A stretch of 64,000 nt of DNA from Ignavibacteriota bacterium (GTDB lineage: Bacteria; Bacteroidota; Ignavibacteria; Palsa-1295), in NCBI GenBank assembly GCA_963787835.1, contig CAWBEI010000003.1:128001-192000 (forward strand), read 5' to 3'. A program made the position numbers and the translations under genes. A model generated the notes under the pieces. It did not search any database, was not told the DNA's origin, and saw nothing but the letters and a program-made list of their open reading frames with translations. Shown one piece after another: positions 29,121 to 40,200 of the stretch. How positions within the stretch are numbered: position 1 is the stretch's first letter; each line of letters opens with the position of its first letter.

Positions 29121-29429
29121 ATGAAAATAGTCAAGGTAACGTACACGTCGAAAGCAGAGTATTCTGAGCACAATCAAGGCAATATTAAAAAGGTTATGGC
29201 TGATCTGCAAGCGATCAATAATCCAGGCATTAATTACAATTCTTGCCTCGCAGCCGACGGCAAAACATTTATTCATACCGCATTTTTTAATTCCGATGAG
29301 GAAGAGAAGGTGCTGCTGCAATTACCCGCTTTCATCCAATTTCAACAAGAGCTGAAAGCCAGCGGACCTGAAGCTCCGCCAAAGTCAGAGCAACTTACAT
29401 TAGTCGGCTCATCCACTAACATTTTTTAA
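29121..29429 (+). CDS. Small hypothetical protein (ABM/dimeric alpha-beta barrel-like)
   Basis: VKVTY...N..NIKKVM..L, DGKTFIH, LPAF..FQ pattern; in operon. Confidence 0.7.
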   Translation: MKIVKVTYTSKAEYSEHNQGNIKKVMADLQAINNPGINYNSCLAADGKTFIHTAFFNSDEEEKVLLQLPAFIQFQQELKASGPEAPPKSEQLTLVGSSTNIF

Positions 29430-29449
29430 TATTCTGAATATCAACTGTA

Positions 29450-29938
29450 ATGAGCAACGAACCATCCTTTCGCTCAAAAGAAGCATTTAAGATAGTCGGG
29501 ATCGAGCGATATACCGATACGGGAATTCCAGCAATTCGCGCAGCATGGGCCGAGTTTTCGAAGCGGAGTCACGAAATTCCGAACGCGATTTTGCCCGGTG
29601 TTTACGGTATCGAGGATTATTCGCGAGATTTCGATATGAACAAAGGCGGATTTCCGAAGTATTATTACATTGCGGGCTACGAAGTGAGCGATCTTTCAAA
29701 CATTCCGGCTGGGATGGTTGGCAAGGAGATTGCTGCTGCGAACTATGCTGTATTCACATACAATGGCGCCGTTGATGGTATTCACGCTTTTTTCGGATTT
29801 ATTTATGGTGAGTGGCTGCCAAAGTCAGGTTACTCGATGGATCCAAAGCTGTCACTCGATTTCGAGCATTATTCCGAGCCGAATATGGATATGAATAATG
29901 TTCATCTGGAAATTTGGGTACCTATAGTCAAGGAATGA
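29450..29938 (+). CDS. GyrI-like small-molecule-binding protein
   Basis: FKIVGI, YAVFTY.G, IYGEWLPKSGY, DFEHY, EIWVPI. Confidence 0.9.
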   Translation: MSNEPSFRSKEAFKIVGIERYTDTGIPAIRAAWAEFSKRSHEIPNAILPGVYGIEDYSRDFDMNKGGFPKYYYIAGYEVSDLSNIPAGMVGKEIAAANYAVFTYNGAVDGIHAFFGFIYGEWLPKSGYSMDPKLSLDFEHYSEPNMDMNNVHLEIWVPIVKE

Positions 29939-29989
29939 TAACAAGCATACAAAGCTGCGAAAAAATCACTATTTGATAATATCAATACC

Positions 29990-30598
29990 ATGAGAAAACT
30001 GATTGTTTTATCGTTTATATCTCTCGATGGCGTCATGCAAGCGCCAGGAGGGCAGGAAGAAGACACGAGCGGCGGCTTTAAATTTGGAGGATGGACCGCA
30101 CCGCACTGGGATGAATTTGCGCATGAAACGATGGTTACGCAGATGAGCAGTGGTTTCGACCTGTTGCTTGGTCGAAAGACGTACGATATTTTCGCAGCTT
30201 ATTGGCCGCTTGCCGAAAATAATATCGGCCCGATTGCCGCCAGCCTTAATAAAGCTACGAAATATGTGGCGTCACACCTGCCGCTCGATTCCAATTGGGA
30301 AAAGACGGTGAGCATCGGTGACAATGCAGTAGAGGAGATCAAGAAGCTCAAGGCAGGAGACGGGCCGGAGCTACAAGTGCATGGGAGCGGTAACTTAATT
30401 CAAACGCTGCTAAATCACGATCTGGTGGATGAACTCTGGCTCAAAACTTTTCCTGTTACACTCGGAACTGGTAAGAAATTATTTGCTGAGGGTACCATTG
30501 CCGCCGCGTTCGAGCTCACCGAAAGTAAGACTTCACCAAAGGGAATCATCGTGGCAAGCTACAAGCGAGCAGGCGAAGTTAAAACCGGAACTTTGTGA
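29990..30598 (+). CDS. Dihydrofolate reductase-family (RibD-C) protein
   Basis: ISLDGVMQAPGG.EED.SGGF..GGW, LLGRKTYD, VHGSGNLIQTL. Confidence 0.93.
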   Translation: MRKLIVLSFISLDGVMQAPGGQEEDTSGGFKFGGWTAPHWDEFAHETMVTQMSSGFDLLLGRKTYDIFAAYWPLAENNIGPIAASLNKATKYVASHLPLDSNWEKTVSIGDNAVEEIKKLKAGDGPELQVHGSGNLIQTLLNHDLVDELWLKTFPVTLGTGKKLFAEGTIAAAFELTESKTSPKGIIVASYKRAGEVKTGTL

Positions 30599-30660
30599 GG
30601 GCATCACTATCATTTTTTTGAACACGTTTTATTTATTAATTCACTAAAAAGGAGACGGCA

Positions 30661-31080
30661 ATGAATCTCACTCCCTTCTTACTCTTCGACGGGAATTGCG
30701 CCGAAGCAATGACATTTTACCAGTCGTGTCTCGATGGGGAGTTAACATTGACGAAGGTGAAAGACACACCGATGAAAGAGCATCAGCCGCCTGAACAGCA
30801 TGACAAGATCATCTATGCGCACCTGCGAAGTGGCACAATGGAATTTTCGGCCACGGATTGGCTACAAACCACCAGAACACCGAAACAAGGCAACACTGTC
30901 GCGATCTATATTAATGGCGGAAAGTATCATGAGCTTAAACCGATTTTCGATAAACTCTCCGCTGGATCAGACAAGCAACTCCTCGATGAATTGCGGGATT
31001 TGCCATTTGGGACCTATGGACATCTCGCCGATAAGTTTGGCGTTCATTGGTTCTTCCAGGGAGAGCACAGAACCGAATAG
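30661..31080 (+). CDS. VOC/PhnB-family protein
   Basis: LTPFLLFDGNCAEAMTFY, DKFGVHW. Confidence 0.9.
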   Translation: MNLTPFLLFDGNCAEAMTFYQSCLDGELTLTKVKDTPMKEHQPPEQHDKIIYAHLRSGTMEFSATDWLQTTRTPKQGNTVAIYINGGKYHELKPIFDKLSAGSDKQLLDELRDLPFGTYGHLADKFGVHWFFQGEHRTE

Positions 31081-31164
31081 AGATGGAACATGTAATAAGG
31101 TTACCAGGATAACCATTTTCAATTTTGGAAATATTCACCGATCATTTAGGAAAGGAATACAATC

Positions 31165-31560
31165 ATGAACTCAGTAGTACACTTCGAAATGCCGGCAAAA
31201 GATACCAAACGCATGAGCGATTTTTATTCGCAAACGTTTGGCTGGCAAACTCAGCAGATGGGCCCAGAGATGGGTAATTATGTGCTGGCAACGACCACCG
31301 AGGCAGATACGAACGGACGTCCCAAGGGTCCGGGTGCGATCAACGGTGGTTTTTACCCGCGCACCGAAGACCCCGTTTCCAACGCTCCCTCGGTCGTTAT
31401 TGCAGTGGATGATCTGCATGATCATATTAAAAAGGTTACAGCCGCAGGTGGTAAGATCATCGGTGAGCCGATGCCTATTCCGGGCGTAGGGATATGGGTA
31501 TCCTTCTTCGATACGGAAGATAACCGCGTCAGCATGTTACAGCCAAATCCCATGGGATAA
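31165..31560 (+). CDS. VOC (glyoxalase/bleomycin-resistance) protein
   Basis: VVHFEMPA, FYSQTFGW, GAINGG, FFDTEDNRV. Confidence 0.92.
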   Translation: MNSVVHFEMPAKDTKRMSDFYSQTFGWQTQQMGPEMGNYVLATTTEADTNGRPKGPGAINGGFYPRTEDPVSNAPSVVIAVDDLHDHIKKVTAAGGKIIGEPMPIPGVGIWVSFFDTEDNRVSMLQPNPMG

Positions 31561-31582
31561 CTCCATATTACCATCAAACGCT

Positions 31583-32047
31583 ATGCAAAAGATCCAAACA
31601 TTCTTATGGTTTAATGACCAAGCGGAGGAGGCCTCGAATTTTTATACCTCCATTTTTAAGAATTCGAAAATTCTGAGCACCATGCCCGGCCCCGGCGGCA
31701 AGCCGATGGGCATGACCGTCGATCTAGAAGGTCGTGAATTTATTTTATTCAACGGAGGGCCGATGAGCCCAGAATGGAAATTCACCGGCGCGACATCCTT
31801 CTTCATCAACTGCGAAACGCAGGATGAAGTTGATCATTACTGGGACAAACTTTCCGACGGCGGACGCACAGATCGTTGCGGGTGGCTCACCGATAAATTC
31901 GGCATTACCTGGCAGATCGTTCCGACGGCTCTTGGACGGCTACTCGGTGACAATGACCGAAAAAAGGCTGGGAATGTTATGCAAGCGATGCTGAAGATGA
32001 CAAAACTCGACATCGCGAAGCTGGAACAAGCGTATCAACAAGGATAA
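31583..32047 (+). CDS. VOC/PhnB (3-dmu-9_3-mt) family protein
   Basis: QKIQTFLWFNDQAEEA, CGWLTDKFGITWQIVP. Confidence 0.92.
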   Translation: MQKIQTFLWFNDQAEEASNFYTSIFKNSKILSTMPGPGGKPMGMTVDLEGREFILFNGGPMSPEWKFTGATSFFINCETQDEVDHYWDKLSDGGRTDRCGWLTDKFGITWQIVPTALGRLLGDNDRKKAGNVMQAMLKMTKLDIAKLEQAYQQG

Positions 32048-32104
32048 TCATTGTGTAACAATGATCATCGAACTTCTAAAACTATTAACTTACTAAAAAC
32101 AACC

Positions 32105-32551
32105 ATGGCAAAACTCAATCCATACATTAACTATCAAGGGAATACCGAGGAAGCATTCAACTTCTACAAATCTGTGTTTGGCGGCGATTTCTCCAGTATC
32201 GTTCGCTTTAATGATATGCCGGTCGATGCTAACTCCATGCCCGGTGGTAAGCCCCTTGCTCCAGATGAAGCGACCAAGATCATGCATATTGCTCTGCCGG
32301 TTGGCGGAAATACAATGATGGCGACCGATATGCTGGAATCCCAAGGGCATTCGCTTCGTCTGGGAAATAATCTCACACTCTCCCTCGAAGCTGATAGCAA
32401 GGAAGAAGCAGATAAGCTATTCAACGGCCTTTCAGCAGGTGGAAAAGTCGGAGCTCCCATCGCGGACGCACCCTGGGGCGCCTACTGGGGTATGCTCACC
32501 GACAAATTCGATGTGCAATGGATGGTGAACTATACCTATCCTAAAAAATAA
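32105..32551 (+). CDS. VOC/PhnB-family protein
   Basis: LNPYINYQGNTEEAFNFYKSVFGG, IMHIAL, DKFDVQWMVN. Confidence 0.92.
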   Translation: MAKLNPYINYQGNTEEAFNFYKSVFGGDFSSIVRFNDMPVDANSMPGGKPLAPDEATKIMHIALPVGGNTMMATDMLESQGHSLRLGNNLTLSLEADSKEEADKLFNGLSAGGKVGAPIADAPWGAYWGMLTDKFDVQWMVNYTYPKK

Positions 32552-32581
32552 GAATCTCACATCATTAACAGGAGGAATAAT

Positions 32582-32962
32582 ATGTTAGGGAATAAGGATG
32601 CTATTGCAACCATTGCTGTGAAAGATATTGATGCTGCCAGAAAATACTACGAAGGAACTCTCGGCTGGAAGATAGCCGAGAGTGGCAGTGGAGATGAGGG
32701 TGTCAGTTTCCAAACTGGAAATTCAACGATCTTCGTTTATCGCTCGCAATTCGCCGGGACGAATCAAGCTACTGCATTGACCATAAAAGTCGGGAACGAA
32801 CTCGACGATGTCGTACAGTCACTGAAAGCGAAAGGTGTGACATTCGAGCACTACGATATGCCAGGAATGACTCGAAACGGCGATATTCATGGCGAAGGAA
32901 ATATGAAAGCCGCTTGGCTTAAGGATCCAGATGGGAATATTCTTGCGCTCGTAAACGGATAA
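32582..32962 (+). CDS. VOC family protein
   Basis: VKDIDAARKYYEGTLG, GVTFEHYD, AWLKDPDGNIL. Confidence 0.92.
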   Translation: MLGNKDAIATIAVKDIDAARKYYEGTLGWKIAESGSGDEGVSFQTGNSTIFVYRSQFAGTNQATALTIKVGNELDDVVQSLKAKGVTFEHYDMPGMTRNGDIHGEGNMKAAWLKDPDGNILALVNG

Positions 32963-32991
32963 GACTCCGCTTCAGAGTGGTTACTCCCATA

Positions 32992-33030
32992 TGCCATGTA
33001 GGACGTTGCAAGTGCAAAGCTCTACATGGC
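32992..33030. repeat. REP-like palindrome (GTAG...CTAC) closing the VOC operon
   Basis: tgccatgtag-gacgttgca-ag-tgcaaagct-ctacatggca. Confidence 0.6.
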
Positions 33031-33099
33031 ACGCTATTATCGTGAACCTTCCTATCTGTTCAGGAATTAGTACACTGGGCACCATAGGTGCGATTTACG

Positions 33100-34710
33100 A
33101 TGGCTCATATTCTTATTATTGACGACGAAGCCGGGATCCGCGATACACTTGCGATGATCTTCGAATATGAGCAGCATCTTGTCACAACCGCTGAAAGCGG
33201 CATCGAGGGTCTTAAAATTGCCCAAAACGCCGAAACGCCAATCGATTGCGTACTTCTTGATGTCAAAATGCCTGGAATGGACGGCCTGGAGACACTTGAA
33301 AAGCTAAAAGAAGTGCGACCCGAGGTCCCCGTCATCATGATATCAGGACATGGCACGATCGAGACTGCCGTGGAAGCAACGAAGCGAGGTGCATTCGATT
33401 TCGTCGAAAAGCCACCTGATCGGCAGCGCCTCCTGCTCCTGGTCCGCAACGCAACAGAAAAGAAACAGCTCGTCAGTGAGAACCGCCTGATGCGCGAGCG
33501 GCTCAAAGGTAAAGAGCGTATGCTCGGTACCTCTGCTGCCATGCGAGCTATTCGGGCAATGATCGAGCGTGTTGCGCCAACGGATGCTCGTGTGTTGATC
33601 ACCGGCGCGAACGGTGTCGGTAAGGAACTTGTTGCCCGCGCGATCCACAGGGCTTCGAAGCGCTCTGACAGGCCCTTTGTCGAAGTAAATTGTGCCGCCA
33701 TACCGAAAGACCTTATAGAGAGCGAGCTTTTCGGCCATGAGAAAGGCTCCTTCACTGGAGCACTCACCCAACGGATCGGCAAATTCGAGCAAGCCGATCA
33801 AGGTACACTTTTTTTAGACGAGGTGGGCGATATGTCCCTTGACGCTCAAGCCAAAATGCTGCGCGTGATCGAGGAAGGTCGGCTTGAACGTGTCGGCAGT
33901 TCTTCCGGACGTCCGATTCCCGTCAATGTTCGTATTCTTGCGGCAACCAATAAAAACTTAGCGGAAGAAATACATCATGGTCGATTTCGCGAGGATTTAT
34001 ATCATCGCCTGAATGTCATACCCATTTTCATCCCACCGTTACGTGACCGGCGCGAGGATATACCCATGCTCGTCCGTGAATTCAGCAAGGAGTTCGCAGC
34101 GGAAATGAACCGTAAGCCCATTCGTTTCGATGATGCCGCGATGAAGTTGCTCACATCGCTCCCCTTCTCCGGCAATATCCGCGAACTGAGGAATGTGATA
34201 GAGCGTATTGTCATTCTCGTTCCGAAGGAGGTCGTGCATCTCGACGATGTCGAGCATCTGGGGCTAGCATTTTCGATGCCGGAACATTCACCATTATCTC
34301 AAGATGGGGCACCCTCACGAGATGTCAATTTCTTTGAGCAACCTGCAAGTGATTTCGCATTAGCCAATCCTCTACTGGACACCAATTACCAGGATAGGGA
34401 CGGATCAACCATTGGCAGAACGGATCAGTATGTTATGAATGCAGGGGAAACAAATCCACTTGACGAGGCTATGCAAGCTCAAACGTTTCAAGATTTTAAA
34501 GATCGAGCGGAAAAAGCATTCATTGAAGAAAAACTCCGTGAACAAAATTGGAACATCAGCCGGACGGCAGAGGCATTAGACATTCAACGCTCCCACCTCT
34601 ATACCAAAATGCGAAAGTTCGGTTTGATGAAGGATGGACGCGCTCAAGAGATTCCACCGAATGAACAAGACCCGGAAATACCGGATGAAGATAACGACGA
34701 TGTTCTTTGA
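33100..34710 (+). CDS. Sigma54-type response regulator (NtrC/NtrX-like: REC-AAA-Fis HTH)
   Basis: LLDVKMPGMDG, GANGVGKE, ELFGHEKGSFTGA, FLDEVGDM, WNISRTAEAL. Confidence 0.95.
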   Translation: MAHILIIDDEAGIRDTLAMIFEYEQHLVTTAESGIEGLKIAQNAETPIDCVLLDVKMPGMDGLETLEKLKEVRPEVPVIMISGHGTIETAVEATKRGAFDFVEKPPDRQRLLLLVRNATEKKQLVSENRLMRERLKGKERMLGTSAAMRAIRAMIERVAPTDARVLITGANGVGKELVARAIHRASKRSDRPFVEVNCAAIPKDLIESELFGHEKGSFTGALTQRIGKFEQADQGTLFLDEVGDMSLDAQAKMLRVIEEGRLERVGSSSGRPIPVNVRILAATNKNLAEEIHHGRFREDLYHRLNVIPIFIPPLRDRREDIPMLVREFSKEFAAEMNRKPIRFDDAAMKLLTSLPFSGNIRELRNVIERIVILVPKEVVHLDDVEHLGLAFSMPEHSPLSQDGAPSRDVNFFEQPASDFALANPLLDTNYQDRDGSTIGRTDQYVMNAGETNPLDEAMQAQTFQDFKDRAEKAFIEEKLREQNWNISRTAEALDIQRSHLYTKMRKFGLMKDGRAQEIPPNEQDPEIPDEDNDDVL

Positions 34711-34763
34711 AAATATTTTTAGAACTATCGCTTATCACTGTGCGTTAATCGCGCCTACAAAAC

Positions 34764-34979
34764 ATGAGTGAATCACTAAAAGACAAAATGGAGCGCGCAC
34801 TTTCGGATGGATTCGAGCGCGCACAAGAAGAAAAAGTTCGCGAACTCAACCGCCTCTCGGTCACTGGAAAGAAAATTTCTCGCAAGGACTACAACACGAA
34901 GAATCTTGCAGATATTTATCTCGAATTAGGTCTCGAATATCCCAGCGGCATACCGCATTTGGAATATTCAAAAGCTTAA
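34764..34979 (+). CDS. Small hypothetical protein
   Basis: 71-aa ATG ORF filling the gap; no recognisable motif. Confidence 0.5.
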   Translation: MSESLKDKMERALSDGFERAQEEKVRELNRLSVTGKKISRKDYNTKNLADIYLELGLEYPSGIPHLEYSKA

Positions 34980-35016
34980 AAAGCCGTTAGCCTGCTGGGT
35001 TGCTAAATTCTCCGGA

Positions 35017-35577
35017 TTATTCTGATTGGTTCGGTCGATATTTTATGCGCATACGTTCCCACCAGTCTATAAATCTTCGAAAATAATGCCGTTGCGGCTC
35101 TAATAATAGATTGTAATCTGCCGCGCAGGCATCGAAGCCTACAGACAGCGATGGCGTTGCAGCATGAGGTACAATTTTCAGAGTATAATGCTCATCACCG
35201 GCACATTGCTGATTAAGATCGTTCGAGTCGATCGCATAGAGTCTCCCATTTCGGATCAGCATTCTAAGAGAATCCATGTCAGGGGGATCTAAAGATGCCA
35301 TTGCAGTCAGGTCTTGATATTTCCCCTGCGAATTCATGGGAGAGGTGTGAACTGCAATCGTCCCAGAGGTATCTATCGTCCAGGAATCCGGCTGCTTATT
35401 CCTCCCTCCTATTGCACTGATATACAGGCTAAACTTAAAATTTACCGGGAGCGGATTTGTGGGGTCGATCTTGGTGACAGCAGGACGAGCTGTATCTGCA
35501 CTTGATTTCTCTATCTGCTTGCTTTGACACGAGGCCAGCAAGAGGGTGAAAAATAGAATACTTCTGTTAATTTTCAT
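35017..35577 (-). CDS. Hypothetical lipoprotein
   Basis: Lipobox LLASC; abuts the GH3 gene. Confidence 0.75.
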   Translation of the reverse strand: MKINRSILFFTLLLASCQSKQIEKSSADTARPAVTKIDPTNPLPVNFKFSLYISAIGGRNKQPDSWTIDTSGTIAVHTSPMNSQGKYQDLTAMASLDPPDMDSLRMLIRNGRLYAIDSNDLNQQCAGDEHYTLKIVPHAATPSLSVGFDACAADYNLLLEPQRHYFRRFIDWWERMRIKYRPNQSE

Positions 35578-37119
35578 TTATGCTTTAAGTCTCTCCACCG
35601 CAGCAAAGATCGAAACAGTCGATTCGCTGAAGGTCTTCATAACAAATGAAGGTGATGTTTCAAATTCCGAATCAAGGTACGGACTTCCAAAAAGAATGAG
35701 TCCTTGGAGCATAATCCCCTTCTCTGGTGAAGACGTAGCTATCGCCCTGATAATGGTTGGGACAGAAATCCTCTCACTAACAGGATCGACATAGCCACGC
35801 GCACGGTGGAATGTGACAAGAATGGTATCTACCCCGATATTCGCGCTTTCTGAAAACCAATTTTTAGTTGTGAAAACTTTAACTTCTGAAACGAAAGGTC
35901 TGATAAGATTTTCAAACAACTTAGACTTATCTATGGCTTCGGGGCGATCATCCGATAGAATAACTATATGAACCCCATCTAACCGTAGATTGCCTCTGAT
36001 TTTGATAGCCTTTCGTGCGATTTCTTCAGAAAGCACTGAATGCTCCGCTGCATATTCTGCTAATCGCTCTGGGTGAACAGAGTCAATCGCAAGATGCGTC
36101 ATTAGTTTAAGCTTTCGAATTCGATCAACTCGTTTGTTGACATCTTCAATGCTTATTCGCCCTAATTCGAGGGCCTGAACAAGAGCATTGAAAGTTGAAA
36201 GTGGGTCGGGAGTCAGAAGTAAAATATCTGCCCCTGCCTCAAAAGCAAACAGCGCTGCTTCATCGGCTCCAAAATATTCTGTGATCGCACGCATTTCGAG
36301 GGCATCGGTGACGATGACGCCTTCAAAACCAAGCCGCTCTCTCAAAAGCCTTGTTGTAAGTGCTGCTGAAAGCGTTGCAGGAAGATGTTGCTCCTGAACA
36401 TTTGCTCCGAAATAAGCTGCAAGCTTTGGTGCGGCAAGATGCCCTGTCATCACAGTCGAAACTCCGCACCGGATAAGAGCCCTAAATGGGGGCAATTCGA
36501 GATCTTCAAAACTCTCCCATGATCGTTCTATAACCGGACGTTTGCGATGGGAATCAATATCGGTATCTCCGTGACCCGGGAAGTGTTTTGCTGTAGCAAC
36601 AACCCCCTCCGATTGCAAACCAAGCATGAAGGCAGTAGCATATTCAGCAACAGTATCGGGATCCTCTCCGAAGGAACGGGTATTAATGATGGGATTTTTC
36701 GGATTGGAATTTACATCCGCGACCGGCGCAAAATTCCAAGATAGTCCTATTGCTCGCATTTCTCGCGCGATAGCCTGTCCGGATTTAAAGGCAAGTTCTG
36801 GCTCGCCCGTCTTCGCTATTGCCATCGCATCGGGAAATTCCGTCCCACCCTTAGCCAGCCGCATTGGGAGCCCAAATTCACAGTCGCAAGAAAAAAGAAA
36901 TGGCAAGCTTCCAGTGGAAGCTGCTATTCCCTGCAACTCTATGATAATATCCGCAACGGCGTTAGGGCTTCCGCCAAAGATGCAAAACCCTCCTGCCATC
37001 CCGTTCTTCGCTAAATATCGAATTGAGTCAGCATATTGCTCATCGGATGAATAATCATCGATATTAAGGCGGGGCATGATGAGCTCGCCAAGAAGTGCTC
37101 TTTGTTCGGATTCAAGCAT
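35578..37119 (-). CDS. nagZ: GH3 beta-N-acetylhexosaminidase
   Basis: NFAPVADVN, RSFGEDP, KHFPGHGDT..DSH, IVTDALEM. Confidence 0.88.
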   Translation of the reverse strand: MLESEQRALLGELIMPRLNIDDYSSDEQYADSIRYLAKNGMAGGFCIFGGSPNAVADIIIELQGIAASTGSLPFLFSCDCEFGLPMRLAKGGTEFPDAMAIAKTGEPELAFKSGQAIAREMRAIGLSWNFAPVADVNSNPKNPIINTRSFGEDPDTVAEYATAFMLGLQSEGVVATAKHFPGHGDTDIDSHRKRPVIERSWESFEDLELPPFRALIRCGVSTVMTGHLAAPKLAAYFGANVQEQHLPATLSAALTTRLLRERLGFEGVIVTDALEMRAITEYFGADEAALFAFEAGADILLLTPDPLSTFNALVQALELGRISIEDVNKRVDRIRKLKLMTHLAIDSVHPERLAEYAAEHSVLSEEIARKAIKIRGNLRLDGVHIVILSDDRPEAIDKSKLFENLIRPFVSEVKVFTTKNWFSESANIGVDTILVTFHRARGYVDPVSERISVPTIIRAIATSSPEKGIMLQGLILFGSPYLDSEFETSPSFVMKTFSESTVSIFAAVERLKA

Positions 37120-37204
37120 TGAATACTATTAACAGCGAGAGTGAAAGTGTCAGTCCCGATGAGGAGCTTTCATAAGCGCCAATGAGTTCAAGATTCACCA
37201 ATTC

Positions 37205-40200
37205 ATGCAACCAACCCCATCGCAAACAAAGGCGCTTTCGACGGACCGGCACCTGGCTATCACCGCTAACGCTGGCAGCGGAAAGACTCGCGTATTAGTT
37301 AATCGGTATGTTGATCTTTTCGTGCGGTATCCAGATCTCACGGTACGTAATGTTGTAGCAATTACCTTTACTGAAAACGCTGCCGCAGAGCTGAGGGCGA
37401 AAATCAGCAAGGAGATAAATGATCGCCTCAAAAACACGGAGCAATATAAGCCCGATGTCTGTGCGCGTCTCCGCATTATCCGAGATTCGCTTCCAAGCGC
37501 GTTCATCGGTACCATCCATGGTTTTGCTTCAAGACTCCTCCGCGCTTACCCCGTCGAAGCAAATATCGATGCAAGCTTCATTATTGTAACCGGGGCAGAT
37601 CAACGCTTGCTTGCTGAAGATGCTATAGGTAGCGTTTTTTATTCCGAGTTAGAACAAGCATATCAGGAGCCGACGGAAAATTCATCGTTGAATTTATTTC
37701 GAACGATCGGAAGACATGGCGTAACCAATCTGGTCAGGACCCTCTTGAACAACCGAATGCGAGCAGCAAGGATAACGAAAGATCTACTCTCGAAAAGTGA
37801 TACGGATATTTTGGCTTTTTGGCGGGGTGCGATAGAGCATTCCCTCAATTTTATTGATTCTCGAAAGACAAAGGATTTCCTGAATGAACTAACAAGATAT
37901 TTTAAATCAGGGAAAATTGCGATGGGTGTGCTTCCGGTGCTGCAAGTATATCTATTGTCTACGGGGTTCTTTGAGACCACACTTGCATTCTCTGAACTGG
38001 CAATATCATTGATCACGAATTCTGGAACCCTTCGAAAGAATATCATCGATGAGGAGAGCGTTCCCCATACTCAGCTTACCGAGATCAATCAATTGATTGA
38101 CACGGTCTCGAAAATTCGTCCACTCTTGGATCAATGCCCGGCGAATGAAGAGGAATTTACGAAGGTGCATCAACAGTATCTTGCTCAGCTTCGAACAGCT
38201 TTTGCTATTTACGATCAAGTGCTTCTTGAATATTCGTCGGTTAAGAATGATTATAGTTTGCTCGATTTTGACGACCTGATCGAGAAATTTCTTGCCTTGC
38301 TCGAAAATCCAACATTTCGAGACGAAATTACACAAGAGTTCCGATTCGTCATGATCGATGAATATCAAGATACTGATGAAAGCCAATTTGAACTTGCTAA
38401 AAGGCTAACAGAGAATTTTGGAAGCACAAATAATCTCGCCATTGTGGGAGATCCCAAGCAGGCGATCTATACGTTCCGTAATGCTGATCCGGAAGTATTC
38501 TCACAAACACGTGATGCTATCGCGCAGCAATTGCTTTCTGATGAGTCGAATAACGAGTCCGCACGGCTGTCACTTTCACCGCTTGAAGAGCAGGGATGGA
38601 TCGAGCTTGGTGAATCCTTCCGCATGACCCGCACACCACTTGCGGCAATAAATCACCTCTTTCGCAACCTGCTGAGTCAGCCAGAGCAGAAGTATTCTGA
38701 ACTTATTCATGCCCGAAAAACAAAGCTCGACGGAAGATTTGAATGGATTTGTCCTCCAGATGGATCAAATAAAAAAGGCATCGACTTGTCTTCTTCTGAA
38801 GATAGTATTGATGAAAATAATAATGATGAAGAATTAACCGAGACTACACTCATTGCCCAGAAGATCCGAAGCATCGTTCAACATACAGATTCTAATTACG
38901 ATATTGAAGATAAAGAAATCGTTCGAAAACCAGAGTATGGTGATATTGCAATTCTCCTACGTTCACGTGGCAACCTTCGAATGCTAGAGCGTTCTCTCAA
39001 TCAAGCCCAGATCCCTTATATTGTCTCAAAGGGTTCGGGGTTTTTTGAACAACAGGAAATTCTAGATATTACGAGCTACCTACAATTCCTTGCCTCACAA
39101 TCGAATGATATTGCTCTTGCCTCGATCCTACGTTCGCCATTTTTCGCAATATCTGACGTTGAATTGTTCCAAATAGCCCACCATAACTCTGCTCATCGTC
39201 AAACCAAAAGTGAATCGTGGACTTTTTGGCAGCAGTTCCAAAGTTATGCAGAATATTGTAACGATACCCACCTCCTTTGGAGCCTGAATCAACTTCAAGA
39301 GAACATTGCTCTAAGTGGTAGAACAAGAACCGCGCTTCTGATTGAGAAGATCTATTCAGAATCAGGAATTTTTGCATCCTTACAATCAGCTCCGCAATCC
39401 TCGCAAAAGATAGCTAATCTTGAGAAATTCCTCACTCAGGCCCGCACTTCGGATCAAAGCGGTTTCTCCGGGCTCCTCGACTTTGTCGATCGAATACAAT
39501 ACCTGACCGAATCCGAGGAACAGGAATCTCAGGCCGATCTTACATCTGAGCACGGTGCCGTTCACATTATGACCGTCCATGCAGCCAAGGGCCTTGAATT
39601 TCCGATCGTTATACTTCCCTTTCTGCAAAAGAAATTTAATTTTGACCATCTGCATTTGCTGGATAAGCAACTCGGGCTGCAGATAAGAAATCCCGATGAT
39701 AAATCTCAACCGATCATCGCAGAACTTATTCATCAACGTTCAAAAGCCAGCACCATTGCAGAAGAGAAACGGATTTTGTATGTAGCCATGACTCGTGCTC
39801 GTGACCATCTAATTCTTTCATCTACACTACCCGAGAAACCAAACGAACACTCATGGCTGGCCTGGATATATGAAAGATTCGGGGTTCCATCATCTGAAAA
39901 TCAACTTACCCTTGATGAGATTGTTTCTTATTATGATTCGATGACAAAAGAAATACATTCCGAGCAGTTCCAATTCACAATCCCTCTCATTCGCTCACTT
40001 TCCGATATCCCGGAGATTCCTGAACTGACCACGAAGGAACCCATTCCCATAGCGCCTCAAATCTACCTCGGCCCACTGGAGGTAAGCCATTTCACTGCCC
40101 CTTTTAGTGCTACGCGGTTGCTAAGATTCAAAGAATGTCCTACGAAATATCATCTTTCGAATGTTCTTGGAATGCCAGAAGAGCCAAAACTTGCGTTGGA

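Noticed and set aside
22348-32962. Integron cassette array
   Set aside because: No intI and no recurring attC-like sites between genes; several genes overlap or abut as in operons
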